From: Patescibacteria group bacterium
GTDB taxonomy: Bacteria; Patescibacteriota; Patescibacteriia; UBA1558; GWA2-36-10
Assembly (NCBI GenBank): GCA_041665545.1
Contig: JBAYIQ010000005.1
Span: 1 to 58,197 of the forward strand
DNA length: 58,197 bases
Direction: 5' to 3'
Shown here: in pieces, positions 46,197-57,741 of the stretch
Layout: each line of letters starts with the position of its first letter
Position numbering within the stretch: the first letter of the stretch is position 1
Made by a program: the position numbers and the translations under genes
Notes under the pieces: model-generated
The model's database searches: none
The model's input: only the letters and a program-made list of their open reading frames with translations
Told to the model about the DNA's origin: nothing

Positions 46197-47513
46197 TTAT
46201 AACATTTTAAAAGCCTCGGGATTTATATTTTTTTTCGGAATACCTGTTCTTAGCAAAGCACTGGTCAAAGCCGACATCATGCCTACTGGCCCACAAATAT
46301 AAAAATGGCAAGCCCTAATATCAGCAACAAATTTTCCTAACTTTTCTAAATCAAAGCGCCCTTCTTTATCGGATATATAAATATTCAATTTAAATTGCGG
46401 ATAAGTTGTTTGGGCCTGCTGAAAAATATCAAGTGCCACCAAATCTTTTTCCGAAGTCACTATATAAAATAAATCCACAACACCGGCGCCAGTTTTTTTG
46501 ACACCCAAGGACTGAGCCAAACTCACAAAAGGAGTGATGCCAATGCCTCCTGCCAGCCAAATTTGATGATAATTGAGATCTAAGTTGTCGCCAAAACTAC
46601 CATAAGGTCCATCAAGCACGGCCACACTACCAACCTTGAGTTTTGCCAGCTTGGCCGTATAAGCACCAAGATTCTTGGCCATGATAGTCAAGCTGTGATC
46701 TGGATAAATTTGAGCCACTGAAAAAGGATGTTCCTCTCCTTTTTTTATATCAGGAAAGCTGACAAAAATAAATTGCCCTGGCTTGACGTCAATTATTTTT
46801 TTATCTGGCTGAAACGTGATGCTGACTATACTAGTACCTAGTTGTTCAACTTTACTCACTACAAAACGTCTAGATTTTATAGCATAACCAACCAAAAATA
46901 ATCTAACTAAATAGAGCAAAACACTAATTGATATTAACAAAATATAATAAATGGCTAACAACGGAATGCTTTTTATATCGCTGTCTATTAGTAGTGCGTG
47001 AACACCGCCAATCATCAATGGTACGGCCAAAATACTATGCAAAGATTTTAATTTTTCATATTGCAGGCGCCAAAAAAAAGTCATCAACACTAAAGCCATA
47101 AATACGAGAAGAGAAATATAGCCAAAAAGATAAGCGGTTTGAGACCAATTAGTAAAAATACCAAAAGCCGCTTGATTAGAAACTGACAAACGGCTGGCTG
47201 CCAAAAATAAAGGATGCAAAATTATAAAAGTAAAGGAAATTGTACCGAGCCAACGATGAATATTGATGACTTTTGGCAAACCATAAAAAAGCTTGTCCAG
47301 CCAGACAAAACGAGCAGACATCAGAAGCGCTAAAGAAAAAATCGATAAGCCCAACAGCCCAGATAATTTACCTAAAGTGGAAAACAAAACTGGCCAAGGA
47401 TAAAACGATCGGCTAAAAGGTACGTCTGTATACAAAATAAAAAGCGGTACTATCACAATTAGTGCCAGAATTAACAAGCTTATGTATGATTTTATGGTTT
47501 TTTGATTAACCAT
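46197..47513 (-). CDS. NOX/ferric-reductase-like flavocytochrome (ferric reductase TM domain + FAD/NAD-binding domain)
   Basis: Paired His in TM helices (HRWLG...ILHPLF; HSILAVPLMIGGVHALL). HPFS FAD motif. GGIGITPF NAD(P)H motif. Confidence 0.7.
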   Translation of the reverse strand: MVNQKTIKSYISLLILALIVIVPLFILYTDVPFSRSFYPWPVLFSTLGKLSGLLGLSIFSLALLMSARFVWLDKLFYGLPKVINIHRWLGTISFTFIILHPLFLAASRLSVSNQAAFGIFTNWSQTAYLFGYISLLVFMALVLMTFFWRLQYEKLKSLHSILAVPLMIGGVHALLIDSDIKSIPLLAIYYILLISISVLLYLVRLFLVGYAIKSRRFVVSKVEQLGTSIVSITFQPDKKIIDVKPGQFIFVSFPDIKKGEEHPFSVAQIYPDHSLTIMAKNLGAYTAKLAKLKVGSVAVLDGPYGSFGDNLDLNYHQIWLAGGIGITPFVSLAQSLGVKKTGAGVVDLFYIVTSEKDLVALDIFQQAQTTYPQFKLNIYISDKEGRFDLEKLGKFVADIRACHFYICGPVGMMSALTSALLRTGIPKKNINPEAFKML

Positions 47514-47628
47514 TTATAGATTATATTATTTGTTTATTATAATTAATTATGCGCTTCTGGTCAAACAAAAAACAACCCGACGGGTTGAAAGTATGACATG
47601 TCTCTCGACTCGCTACGCTCGCTCAAGA

Positions 47629-47720
47629 CACTCGATTCATGATACGAAAATGGTCGTAGGTGCTGAAAAGCACCGGAGACCACGAGTGAGTTTTTTGCTA
47701 AGCAAAAAACGAATCGAGTG
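47629..47720 (-). repeat. R3: third copy of the tRNA-3'-flanking inverted-repeat element (after tRNA-Ser)
   Basis: The reverse complement aligns with R1 and R2 and starts on the CA of the tRNA-Ser CCA. Confidence 0.65.
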
Positions 47721-47808
47721 GCGGAGAGGACAGGATTTGAACCTGCGAGGGATTTTACTCCCTACTCGCTTTCCAAGCGAGCGCACTAGACCACTATGCG
47801 ACCTCTCC
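47719..47808 (-). tRNA. tRNA-Ser (GGA), class II, CCA encoded
   Basis: Acceptor ggagagg/cctctcc, G73, anticodon loop uuGGAaa, long variable arm. Confidence 0.85.
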
Positions 47809-47880
47809 ATATTATAAATATTATTTACGCTTTTCCCGCCCGCCCCGCAGCGCGGGGCAAGCGGGATATGCGACCTCTCC
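47809..47880 (-). repeat. 14-nt duplicate of the tRNA-Ser 5' end (ggagaggtcgcata) separated from the gene by a GC-rich hairpin insert (ccccgcagcgcgggg)
   Basis: tatgcgacctctcc at 47867..47880 matches 47795..47808. Confidence 0.55.
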
Positions 47881-47960
47881 CTATTAAATAAACCTAGTAC
47901 AATATAAACGAAACTCACGTATTAGTCAATGAGCTGTGCTTAAAAAAATTATTTACAAGT

Positions 47961-48260
47961 TTATTCTTTTTTCTTATCCAAGCGATCCAGTTTCAAAATT
48001 CTGACACCAAAATAAACAACCAAGGCAACAATAATAAAATCTATCACTGTGTTCACAAAAGCGCCAAACATAATTTTATTTTCACCAAGCTGCCAAGCTA
48101 ATTGATCTAAATTGGCGCCACCTAGCAATGAACCAATCAAGGGATTGATAATATCATTGACCAAACCAGAAACTACTTTGGAAATAGCGCCACCAAGTAT
48201 GAAACCAACAGCCAACCCAACAACTCCCTGCTCTCTAATAAAGTTTATAAATCCTTTCAT
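47961..48260 (-). CDS. mscL: Large-conductance mechanosensitive channel MscL
   Basis: Alignable to E. coli MscL (FINFIREQGVVGLAVGFILGGAISKVVSGLVNDIINP). 99 aa. Confidence 0.85.
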   Translation of the reverse strand: MKGFINFIREQGVVGLAVGFILGGAISKVVSGLVNDIINPLIGSLLGGANLDQLAWQLGENKIMFGAFVNTVIDFIIVALVVYFGVRILKLDRLDKKKE

Positions 48261-48402
48261 ATTTTACCCCGTTAAATAATTTTTATCGGGTCCAGCTCGA
48301 TAAAAATTAAATTTAATTAATAATAATTAAAAAATTGAATTGTTATAATTATTTTTTTGGTTTATTTTTATGCCCCAATAAATTAAATTTATTTAACGGG
48401 GT
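48258..48402. repeat. E4: divergent member of the E family (accccgttaaataatt ... aatttatttaacggggt), between the cca stop and the mscL ATG
   Basis: 13-14-bp inverted repeats about 105 bp apart. The arm sequence is related to the E1-E3 arm cccgttagaaat. Confidence 0.45.
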
Positions 48403-49970
48403 TAATCTGTTAATAATAACTTTTCTAATTTACCCATGGCCTCTGTAACGTCTTTTATGCCAGATAATACTTGAATAATATCTTCCTGACTAAAACCACG
48501 ATTATCTCTCAATTCTCTACTCAAATATATCAAGCGCCCAATCTCTGGACCAGGGGCAAAGCCCATTTGCAAAAAATCTCTACCCCACATTATCTCTGGC
48601 GCCACTTGTCGATCAACGCCAATACTTTCAGCTTTAGCTATCAACCACTCAACTAATTCTTTTATCTTTTCCTTATCTTCTCTTCGAGTAGCTCGATAGT
48701 CAGCTTCTGACAAAAAAGCTGACTCTCTGATACTAGACGGCGCCAAATCTCTAGCCAAACGACGAAAAACACCATCTTTTATTTCACGATTTTGCAACAT
48801 GTCATTATACAAATACATCGGTCTCATGTGATGACGCACCAAAGGCAAAACTCGTGCTTCTGTGGCCCCATCTACCCTGATGCTGTCTAAAAAAACTTTA
48901 GTCAAACCAACGCTGGCCAAATCGTGACCGTGAGCAATTATTTTTCCGTCTTTTTCCTCGGTTGTTTTTGCTTTACCCAAATCATGACACAGAGTAGCCA
49001 GCATCAAAGGCCATATTTCCTGATCAGTTAATTTCTCTCGCCTAGCAATGTCCATCATTTCATCAACCGCCAACAAAGTATGCTCCCAGACATTACCTTC
49101 CGGATGAATTTTGGGGTCTTGTGGCGTTTCCTGCAAAGCTAAAAATTCTGGATGCAACTCTTTAAAAACGCCTAGCTCCACACCGGCTTGCAAACCCCTT
49201 GATGGTTTATCGGATTTTAACAAAAGCTTACGCCATTCTTCATAAATTCTCTCCTCTGATAAATGTTTTAAACTATCAGCCATGCTGCTCATCACTCGAC
49301 GACTATCCTCATCCATAGTCAAATCAAAGCGACCAATCATTTGCATGGCTCGCAATACTCTAACTGGATCTTCGGAAAATGTTTTTTCGTCGACAATCCG
49401 CAAAGTTTTATTTTTTAAATCATCTATTCCGTGATATGGATCAAATACTTGTCCAGTCAATGGATCAGCTAAAATAGCGTTGATGGTAAAATCACGACGC
49501 CGTGTTGCCTCGGATATTGACATATAAGGATCAGACTGTGCGGAAATGCCCCTTCCACGCTTTGATTCAGTTTTTGAATCGCGACGCGGTAATGACACAT
49601 CAATCTCAAAGCCGTCTTTGATAGAAAGTTTAAGAACGCTAAAGGCTTTTCCCACTTCCCCTAAACGACCAAAAGGTCGTAATAAACCTTCCAATTTATC
49701 TGCTTCTAAACCATAGACTTCAATATCAAAATCTTTTGATTCTACATCGAGCAATATATCTCGCACACTACCGCCAACCAGCAAAGCGCGTCCGCCAGCT
49801 TCCTGAACGGCCCGACAGATTCTTGTCACAGCTTCGTAAGTTTCGGCCTGTTTTTCCAAACCCCTTTCCTGCCATTCAGCAATATAGTTTTCAGGCAAAG
49901 CCAAACTGACAGCCGTGTCATCCACTTCCTTGGTTGGAATAATTTTTTCTGGTGTTTCTGAATTTGGCAT
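48402..49970 (-). CDS. cca: CCA-adding tRNA nucleotidyltransferase with C-terminal HD domain
   Basis: Pol-beta-like head GGSVRDILLDVESKDFDIEVYG and an HD motif (HDLGK). Confidence 0.8.
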   Translation of the reverse strand: MPNSETPEKIIPTKEVDDTAVSLALPENYIAEWQERGLEKQAETYEAVTRICRAVQEAGGRALLVGGSVRDILLDVESKDFDIEVYGLEADKLEGLLRPFGRLGEVGKAFSVLKLSIKDGFEIDVSLPRRDSKTESKRGRGISAQSDPYMSISEATRRRDFTINAILADPLTGQVFDPYHGIDDLKNKTLRIVDEKTFSEDPVRVLRAMQMIGRFDLTMDEDSRRVMSSMADSLKHLSEERIYEEWRKLLLKSDKPSRGLQAGVELGVFKELHPEFLALQETPQDPKIHPEGNVWEHTLLAVDEMMDIARREKLTDQEIWPLMLATLCHDLGKAKTTEEKDGKIIAHGHDLASVGLTKVFLDSIRVDGATEARVLPLVRHHMRPMYLYNDMLQNREIKDGVFRRLARDLAPSSIRESAFLSEADYRATRREDKEKIKELVEWLIAKAESIGVDRQVAPEIMWGRDFLQMGFAPGPEIGRLIYLSRELRDNRGFSQEDIIQVLSGIKDVTEAMGKLEKLLLTD

Positions 49971-50032
49971 ATTAATAAAAATCAGCTAATTGTAAAAAAC
50001 AAATCACTGATTTTCAAATAACAAAATTAAAA

Positions 50033-52423
50033 TTATTTTCTTTTCCGACTTTCAACTTGCTTGATAGCCAAAGTGGTTTTGATCACTGTGTCGGGATTCA
50101 AAGAAATTGAATCAATACCTTCTCTGACCAAAAATTGCGCAAAATCTGGAAAGTCAGATGGCGCTTGTCCGCAAATACCAATTTTTCTTTTATTCTTTTT
50201 GGCTGTCTTGATTACTTGGCTGATCAAAGATTTGACGGCTTGGTTACGTTCGTCATAAACATGAGCCACAATTTGTGAATCGCGATCCACGCCTAAAGTA
50301 AGCTGAGTCAAATCATTGGAACCAATAGAAAAGCCATCAAATATCTGACAAAATTCTTCAGCCAAAATTACATTGGATGGTATTTCACACATAACATAAA
50401 CCTCCAAACCACCCACTCCCCGCCTCAAGCCGTGTTTGGCCATGATGGCCAAAACTTTTTTGCCTTCCTCGATAGTCCGACAAAATGGCACCATGATTTT
50501 CAAATTCCTCAAACCCATGTCTTCTCGGACTTTAACTAGGGCTTTGCACTCCAACTCAAAAGCCGCTATGTATTTGGGATCATAGTATCTAGAAGCTCCC
50601 CGCCAGCCAATCATGGGGTTGGACTCCACTGGCTCAAACTCGGTACCGCCAATCAAATTGGCATATTCATTGGATTTGAAATCTGACAAACGAACGATTA
50701 CATCTTTGGGATAAAAACTAGCAGCAATTCTCGCCACGCCTTCGGCTAGTCGATCCACAAAAAATTGTGTTTTATTCGGATAAGCCGCGGTTAATTTTTC
50801 AATCTCGCGCTTAGCTTTTTTATTTTTCAATTTATGGAAATTGAGTAAAGCCAAAGGATGGATTTTGATGTATGAAGTAATAATAAATTCTTCACGAGCC
50901 AAACCCACGCCATCATTGGGAATAAAACTCTGGGCCATAGCCATTTCTGGATTGCCGATATTCATCATAATTTTGGTGCGAGTTCTTTTTATTTTTTTCA
51001 AATCAGTTTCTTTGATTTGAAATTTCAACAAGCCATTATAAATATAACCACGCTCGCCTTCAGCACAACTGATGGTCACGGGTTGTTTGTTTTTGACTTT
51101 TTCCGTAGCATCAACTGTGCCAACCACACAAGGGATGCCTAGCTCACGAGAAATAATCGCGGCATGACAAGTGCGTCCACCAGCATTGGTGACAATAGCC
51201 GCGGCTTTTTTCATAATCGGCTCCCAATCTGGATCAGTCATTTCGGTAATCAACACTTCACCTTGTTTGAAGTTACCAATTTCGGCCACATTTTTTATCA
51301 CATGAGCTGGTCCCTGACCTATCATGTTACCCACTGAAGCACCTTCGGCTAACACTTTACCACTGGTTTGCAAAATATATTCTTTGAGCTTGGTAGGATC
51401 ATCTTGTGAGCGTACAGTCTCCGGACGGGCTTGCACAATATACAATTGATTAGTCAGACCATCTTTGGCCCACTCCATGTCCATGGCTTTGTTGTAGTGC
51501 TTTTCAATAATCACTGCCCACTTAGCCAGGCGAATTACTTCCTTGTCAGTCAAAACAAATTTGTGCCTGTCTTTGGCTGGCACTTTCATATCAACAGTAG
51601 CGTGAGTGCTGCCGGCAAAATTGTAAATTAATTTTTGTTCTTTTGACCCGATACGGCGACTAATAATCGGATTCAAGCCCTTTAGTAAAGTCGGTTTGAA
51701 GACATAATATTCATCCGGATTGACTTTGCCCTTGACAATGTATTCTCCTAAGCCATAAGTAGCGTTGATCAAAACCGCGTCTTTAAATCCTGACTCGGTG
51801 TCAATCGAAAACATAACGCCCGAGCTAGCTTTGTCCGAGCGCACCATTTTCTGCACGGTGATCGAAAGCTTGATAGAAAAGTGATCAAAGCCCTTGTCCG
51901 TGCGATAAGAAATAGCCCGATCTGTAAATAAAGAAGCCACACACTTGCGACAAGCATCAAGTAGGGCTTTTTCGCCTTTGATATTCAAATATGATTCTTG
52001 TTGTCCAGCAAAAGAAGCATCAGGCAAGTCTTCGGCCGTGGCTGAACTGCGAATAGCTACGTCAGTATTGACCGTCTTGAATTGCTGAGAAAGCTGATGA
52101 TAATGATTTATAATTTCTTTTTTCAAATCATCAGGAAACTCGGCTTGCAATATTATTTTTCTAATCTGAGCACCACGCTCAGACAAATTTTTCATGTCCC
52201 CAGTATCCAAATCTTTCAAAATTTTCTTTATTTTATCTTTGACGCCACTGCTGTCCAAGAAATAATCATAAGCGGCGGCTGTCACTGCATAGCCATTGGG
52301 AATTTTGACACCAACTGGCGTCAACTTGCGATACATCTCGCCCAGTGAAGCGTTCTTGCCACCGACAATGGGTATATCTTTGATACCAATTTCATTGAAC
52401 CACAAAATAAATTTTTTTGACAT
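50033..52423 (-). CDS. ppsA: Phosphoenolpyruvate synthase (pyruvate, water dikinase)
   Basis: 796 aa. N-terminus MSKKFILWFNEIGIKDIPIVGGKNASLGEMY aligns with PpsA. Central phospho-His region and C-terminal PEP-utilising TIM barrel. Confidence 0.85.
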   Translation of the reverse strand: MSKKFILWFNEIGIKDIPIVGGKNASLGEMYRKLTPVGVKIPNGYAVTAAAYDYFLDSSGVKDKIKKILKDLDTGDMKNLSERGAQIRKIILQAEFPDDLKKEIINHYHQLSQQFKTVNTDVAIRSSATAEDLPDASFAGQQESYLNIKGEKALLDACRKCVASLFTDRAISYRTDKGFDHFSIKLSITVQKMVRSDKASSGVMFSIDTESGFKDAVLINATYGLGEYIVKGKVNPDEYYVFKPTLLKGLNPIISRRIGSKEQKLIYNFAGSTHATVDMKVPAKDRHKFVLTDKEVIRLAKWAVIIEKHYNKAMDMEWAKDGLTNQLYIVQARPETVRSQDDPTKLKEYILQTSGKVLAEGASVGNMIGQGPAHVIKNVAEIGNFKQGEVLITEMTDPDWEPIMKKAAAIVTNAGGRTCHAAIISRELGIPCVVGTVDATEKVKNKQPVTISCAEGERGYIYNGLLKFQIKETDLKKIKRTRTKIMMNIGNPEMAMAQSFIPNDGVGLAREEFIITSYIKIHPLALLNFHKLKNKKAKREIEKLTAAYPNKTQFFVDRLAEGVARIAASFYPKDVIVRLSDFKSNEYANLIGGTEFEPVESNPMIGWRGASRYYDPKYIAAFELECKALVKVREDMGLRNLKIMVPFCRTIEEGKKVLAIMAKHGLRRGVGGLEVYVMCEIPSNVILAEEFCQIFDGFSIGSNDLTQLTLGVDRDSQIVAHVYDERNQAVKSLISQVIKTAKKNKRKIGICGQAPSDFPDFAQFLVREGIDSISLNPDTVIKTTLAIKQVESRKRK

Positions 52424-52494
52424 AAATCTCTAGATTAAAAAATGACGGCACAAATAAATATCAGCCAGCCGTGTGGCAAAAATTTTATTATTTA

Positions 52495-52803
52495 TTAAAC
52501 GTTTAACTTCTCAACAAAGCGTCCTAAAATAGGCAGGCGCCAATATTTACCATGCAAAGTCTGGCTGATGCCACGCACGGCAAAATAAATTGCCAAAATA
52601 AATACTGGCCACAACAAAGGGAAAAAAGCGGCGCAGACTATTTCTAATAAAAACAAAAGTAGTCCCTGCTTGGCATGAAAATGCGCATAGGGCGAATGCC
52701 TTTTGAACATCAGGGGAAATAAGCATAAAATCCCCACATAGCTCATGGCCGCACTTACTTTGTGCTCCTCAACATCGTGCTTGTTTATTTGTATTTTTTC
52801 CAT
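52495..52803 (-). CDS. Small membrane protein (102 aa), DUF4870-like
   Basis: Two TM helices with YAHFHAKQGLLLF. The family assignment is tentative. Confidence 0.4.
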   Translation of the reverse strand: MEKIQINKHDVEEHKVSAAMSYVGILCLFPLMFKRHSPYAHFHAKQGLLLFLLEIVCAAFFPLLWPVFILAIYFAVRGISQTLHGKYWRLPILGRFVEKLNV

Positions 52804-52808
52804 AATTT

Positions 52809-53324
52809 TTACTTTTTATTTAATTTAAAAAATATTAAATTTATTATCGCTACCATAAACAAAGCCCAAATTGGCTCGACTAAAATATTGAGCCAAGCCC
52901 AGGCCTCGGGCATCATCATTACTTTCATAATAGCCACCAAAATACTAGCCACAATGACACCAGAAAAAGCCACGGCTACTATTTTTTCCCGATTCAAACT
53001 CCACTGGTAATAGCCCAAGTATAGCCACAAAAGTAGTACTAACAAACGATAAATCCAGGTCACAATCGTGATGGTCAAGATCGGCCAAAAATTTTTGATG
53101 CCCAATGACCAGAGCAGATACTCGCCTACCACCATAAGTAAAATAACTAGCAGAGAAGAAAAAACCCAACTAAAATTTCTCACATTTTTTGGCCTGAGTT
53201 TGACGACTTCTTCTTTAAGCTCATGCTCTATTTCTGGTAAGCCAAAATCTGCTACCCAAATCTCTTCGTGGATGGAAACAACTTTACCATCAATTTCCAC
53301 TTGCTCAATTTTTCCCTGCATCAT
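52809..53324 (-). CDS. Hypothetical polytopic membrane protein (171 aa)
   Basis: Six-frame ORF with a soluble N-terminal ~45 aa followed by 4 TM helices. Confidence 0.45.
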   Translation of the reverse strand: MMQGKIEQVEIDGKVVSIHEEIWVADFGLPEIEHELKEEVVKLRPKNVRNFSWVFSSLLVILLMVVGEYLLWSLGIKNFWPILTITIVTWIYRLLVLLLWLYLGYYQWSLNREKIVAVAFSGVIVASILVAIMKVMMMPEAWAWLNILVEPIWALFMVAIINLIFFKLNKK

Positions 53325-53370
53325 AGGCTTTTTTTACTTCTATATTATAACAGAAATTGCAGCAAAACCA

Positions 53371-53398
53371 AAACCCTCACTTTTCAAAATGAGGGTTT
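53371..53398 (-). terminator. Rho-independent terminator (aaaccctca...tgagggttt) downstream of the repeat-rich surface protein gene
   Basis: 9-bp stem followed by a T-rich tract on the minus-strand transcript. Confidence 0.55.
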
Positions 53399-53417
53399 CA
53401 AAATATAGTGCTAAAAA

Positions 53418-55310
53418 TTATTGAGCAATTTTTGATAAGTCGCTATCAGTAATACCCAAAGATCTGAAGCGCATAATCTGATAAGCGGCCTCACCGTCTC
53501 TCATATAATAACGTTTACCGTCACTTGGATCGATGTACCAAGCCTCACCGCGGGATTGCACTTGAAGCACGATCTTACCTTTTAACCTGTTGGCCAATGC
53601 ATTATCACTACTCAAAACACCAGTTCCCAAAGGATTAGTGCCGGCCAAAATTTCAGCCCTATCACTGACACCATCACCATCGGTATCGGATTTATTTATA
53701 TCAGTGCCCAAGCCCTGCTCTAGTTTATTACCCAAACCATCACCATCAATATCATTATCACTGAAACGATCTTCAAAACCAATTGGTATTTTAGCTAAAT
53801 CATCATTAGTAATACCCAAGCCCGCCTCACGCATCAAACTATAAGCAGTAGTTCCGTCTTTTAGATAAAATCTTTTATCATCTTTGGGGTTGACATACCA
53901 AGCTTCGCCATGACTTTCGACCTGCAAAAGTATGCGGCCTCTAACTCTGCTCATTAAATTTTTATCCGCTCCTTGATTCATAATTCTCTCCTGTTCTCTA
54001 TTTTGAACACTGTTACCATTGTCGGCGACGCACACTCCCTCTTTATCACCGTGAGCCAAGTGAACAGCCAAAGCGCTTTGAGCAATCTCCAAAGTGTTTG
54101 TTTTACCATTGCCTACAACATGGCAAACTTTTATTTTATTATCAATCAAAACTCCGCCACCTAGAGTAGTGAAATTAATAGTAGTAGGATTGCCATATCT
54201 ATAGCTCACCTCACCAGCAACACCAGCAACTGATTTTACTTCGATGTAGTATTTTGTAAATGGTTGCAAATTATTTAAAGTAACCATACTGGCATTATAA
54301 TTTCCTGTGGCCTCGGGGCCATTCAAAACACCAGTATTAACCCAAGCCAAACCAGCCAAGGCGTCCGTGCTGGTTGCATAGCGATAATAACCATCACTAC
54401 TCATGTTAACTACTTGCCAATATACTCTGGCTGACTTTAGAGCAAGTTGATCTACTCTAGTTTTAGCAATGTCCAAGGCAGAGGTATAGTAACCCATGCT
54501 ACCAGGTACAAAGGTCAAAATCTTAGCTAGACCATACTGTGTGCCTAAAAATTTTCTGACTTGAATATAGTAAGTAGCCCCCGCCTCTAAGCCACTCAAA
54601 TCTACCTGGCTACCAAACATATTGCCAGTGACTTCTGGACCATTACTGACACCATCGCTGCGCCATGGTAAGTTGTTTAATTCACTTTGATTTTTGGAAT
54701 AACGATATTCCCCACTACTGCCAACACCAGCTCGCCAATATACACGAGTGACTGTATCTGAAATATTAGTAATTCTGCTCTCGGCAATGACTAAATATTG
54801 TGAGAAGTCAGTAATAGTTGGTGCACATCTAAAATTGGCCTGGCACCAAGAATTACTCTGATAATTAGAGGTATAAAGAGCACTGTCCGCCAGATCATGA
54901 ATGCCATCATTATTCACATCAAAAGTGCCCGCGCAACCAGCATAGAGCGCCACGTCGCTTAAATTTCGTGCGCCGTCATTATTTATATCACAAACAGCAA
55001 GACCAGTATCTGTGGTATTGCTAGAGGCCGTGGTGGCTGAACATCTAAAATTGGTCTGACACCAGGAATTACTCTGATAATTAGATGAGTATAGGGCATT
55101 GTCTATCAGATTGTGTACACCATCATTATTCACATCAAAAGTGTCCGCGCAACCAGCATAGAGTGCCACGTCGCTTAAATTTCGTGCGCCGTCATTGTTT
55201 ATATCACAAACAACTGGGCCGCTGTCAGCAGTGCCCGCTGGGGCAGTAGCCAAACTAAAACCTGGCAGAGCCATGGTCATCACCATCAGTGTAAAAAATA
55301 GTTTTTTCAT
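53418..55310 (-). CDS. Secreted repeat protein with dockerin/EF-hand-like Ca-binding modules (DINNDGARNLSD...FDVNNDG), a thrombospondin-type-3-like DxDxDG motif and two C-terminal ~50-aa repeats
   Basis: Signal peptide MKKLFFTLMVMTMALPGFSLA. A duplicated ~72-aa module. C-terminal GEAWYxxPxDxKRxYxxDG...LGITxxDLxKI repeats. Confidence 0.6.
   Translation of the reverse strand: MKKLFFTLMVMTMALPGFSLATAPAGTADSGPVVCDINNDGARNLSDVALYAGCADTFDVNNDGVHNLIDNALYSSNYQSNSWCQTNFRCSATTASSNTTDTGLAVCDINNDGARNLSDVALYAGCAGTFDVNNDGIHDLADSALYTSNYQSNSWCQANFRCAPTITDFSQYLVIAESRITNISDTVTRVYWRAGVGSSGEYRYSKNQSELNNLPWRSDGVSNGPEVTGNMFGSQVDLSGLEAGATYYIQVRKFLGTQYGLAKILTFVPGSMGYYTSALDIAKTRVDQLALKSARVYWQVVNMSSDGYYRYATSTDALAGLAWVNTGVLNGPEATGNYNASMVTLNNLQPFTKYYIEVKSVAGVAGEVSYRYGNPTTINFTTLGGGVLIDNKIKVCHVVGNGKTNTLEIAQSALAVHLAHGDKEGVCVADNGNSVQNREQERIMNQGADKNLMSRVRGRILLQVESHGEAWYVNPKDDKRFYLKDGTTAYSLMREAGLGITNDDLAKIPIGFEDRFSDNDIDGDGLGNKLEQGLGTDINKSDTDGDGVSDRAEILAGTNPLGTGVLSSDNALANRLKGKIVLQVQSRGEAWYIDPSDGKRYYMRDGEAAYQIMRFRSLGITDSDLSKIAQ
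54826..55212. repeat. Intragenic tandem duplication (2 x ~170 bp, 216-bp period, ~90% identical)
   Basis: catctaaaattgg...tatatcacaaaca occurs twice. Encodes the duplicated dockerin-like module. Confidence 0.7.
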
Positions 55311-55509
55311 AATTTTTAGATAATTAATATTAAATTAATAAAAACCCTATGTATATTAATAGATTTGATATTTTTTACTATTCATAAATATAATTATAGC
55401 ATGATTTTTCGCTTTAGTCAATAAAAATAAGCCCTTTTTATTAATGAAGGACCTATTTTTTAACAAAATTTATTTTATCCCTCGATACGGCTCAAGATAT
55501 TTTTGAGTA

Positions 55510-57243
<1,734 letters not shown>

Positions 57244-57250
57244 TGATTAA

Positions 57251-57526
57251 TTATTCGATCACCGCTAATAAATCGTCATGATTTAATATTTTGTGTTCCA
57301 CGCCATCTATCTTAATTTCTGAACCGCCGTATTCAGAAAAAACAACTTTTTGGCCAAGAACCAAATTTAATTTTACAATTTTTTCTCCACTGCCAATGGC
57401 AATGATTTCACCTTCTTGACGAGACTCTTTGTTGACTGTCTCTGGCAAAATAATACCCGCCTTGGTAGTTTCTTCTTTGGGTAATGGTTTGACAATCACC
57501 CTATCACCTAATGGTTTTAACTTCAT
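57251..57526 (-). CDS. groES: Co-chaperonin GroES
   Basis: MKLKPLGDRVIVKP...GEKIVKL. 91 aa. Confidence 0.95.
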   Translation of the reverse strand: MKLKPLGDRVIVKPLPKEETTKAGIILPETVNKESRQEGEIIAIGSGEKIVKLNLVLGQKVVFSEYGGSEIKIDGVEHKILNHDDLLAVIE

Positions 57527-57548
57527 ATTTTTTTATTAATTAATCAAA

Positions 57549-57575
57549 TTAGCACTCTCTATTTTAGAGTGCTAA
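57549..57575. promoter_or_regulatory. CIRCE element (HrcA operator) upstream of groES
   Basis: Perfect TTAGCACTC-N9-GAGTGCTAA. Confidence 0.9.
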
Positions 57576-57741
57576 TGATTTTTTGTCAAGATCACATGTG
57601 CCAAATAATATAGAAGGTCGCGCCAGCGACCTGAGCGTAGGCGAGCTAAGCTCGCCGAAGTCGAAGGTTGACAAAAACCAAGTAAAATGATTTCATTTCA
57701 ACTATAGTGAACAAAACCACATACCATTTGGGAGGTGAAAC

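Noticed and set aside
47530-47918. ORFs 47530..47817 (+) and 47637..47918 (-) around tRNA-Ser
   Set aside because: They overlap the tRNA-Ser gene, the R3 repeat and the 5'-duplication insert. No coding features.
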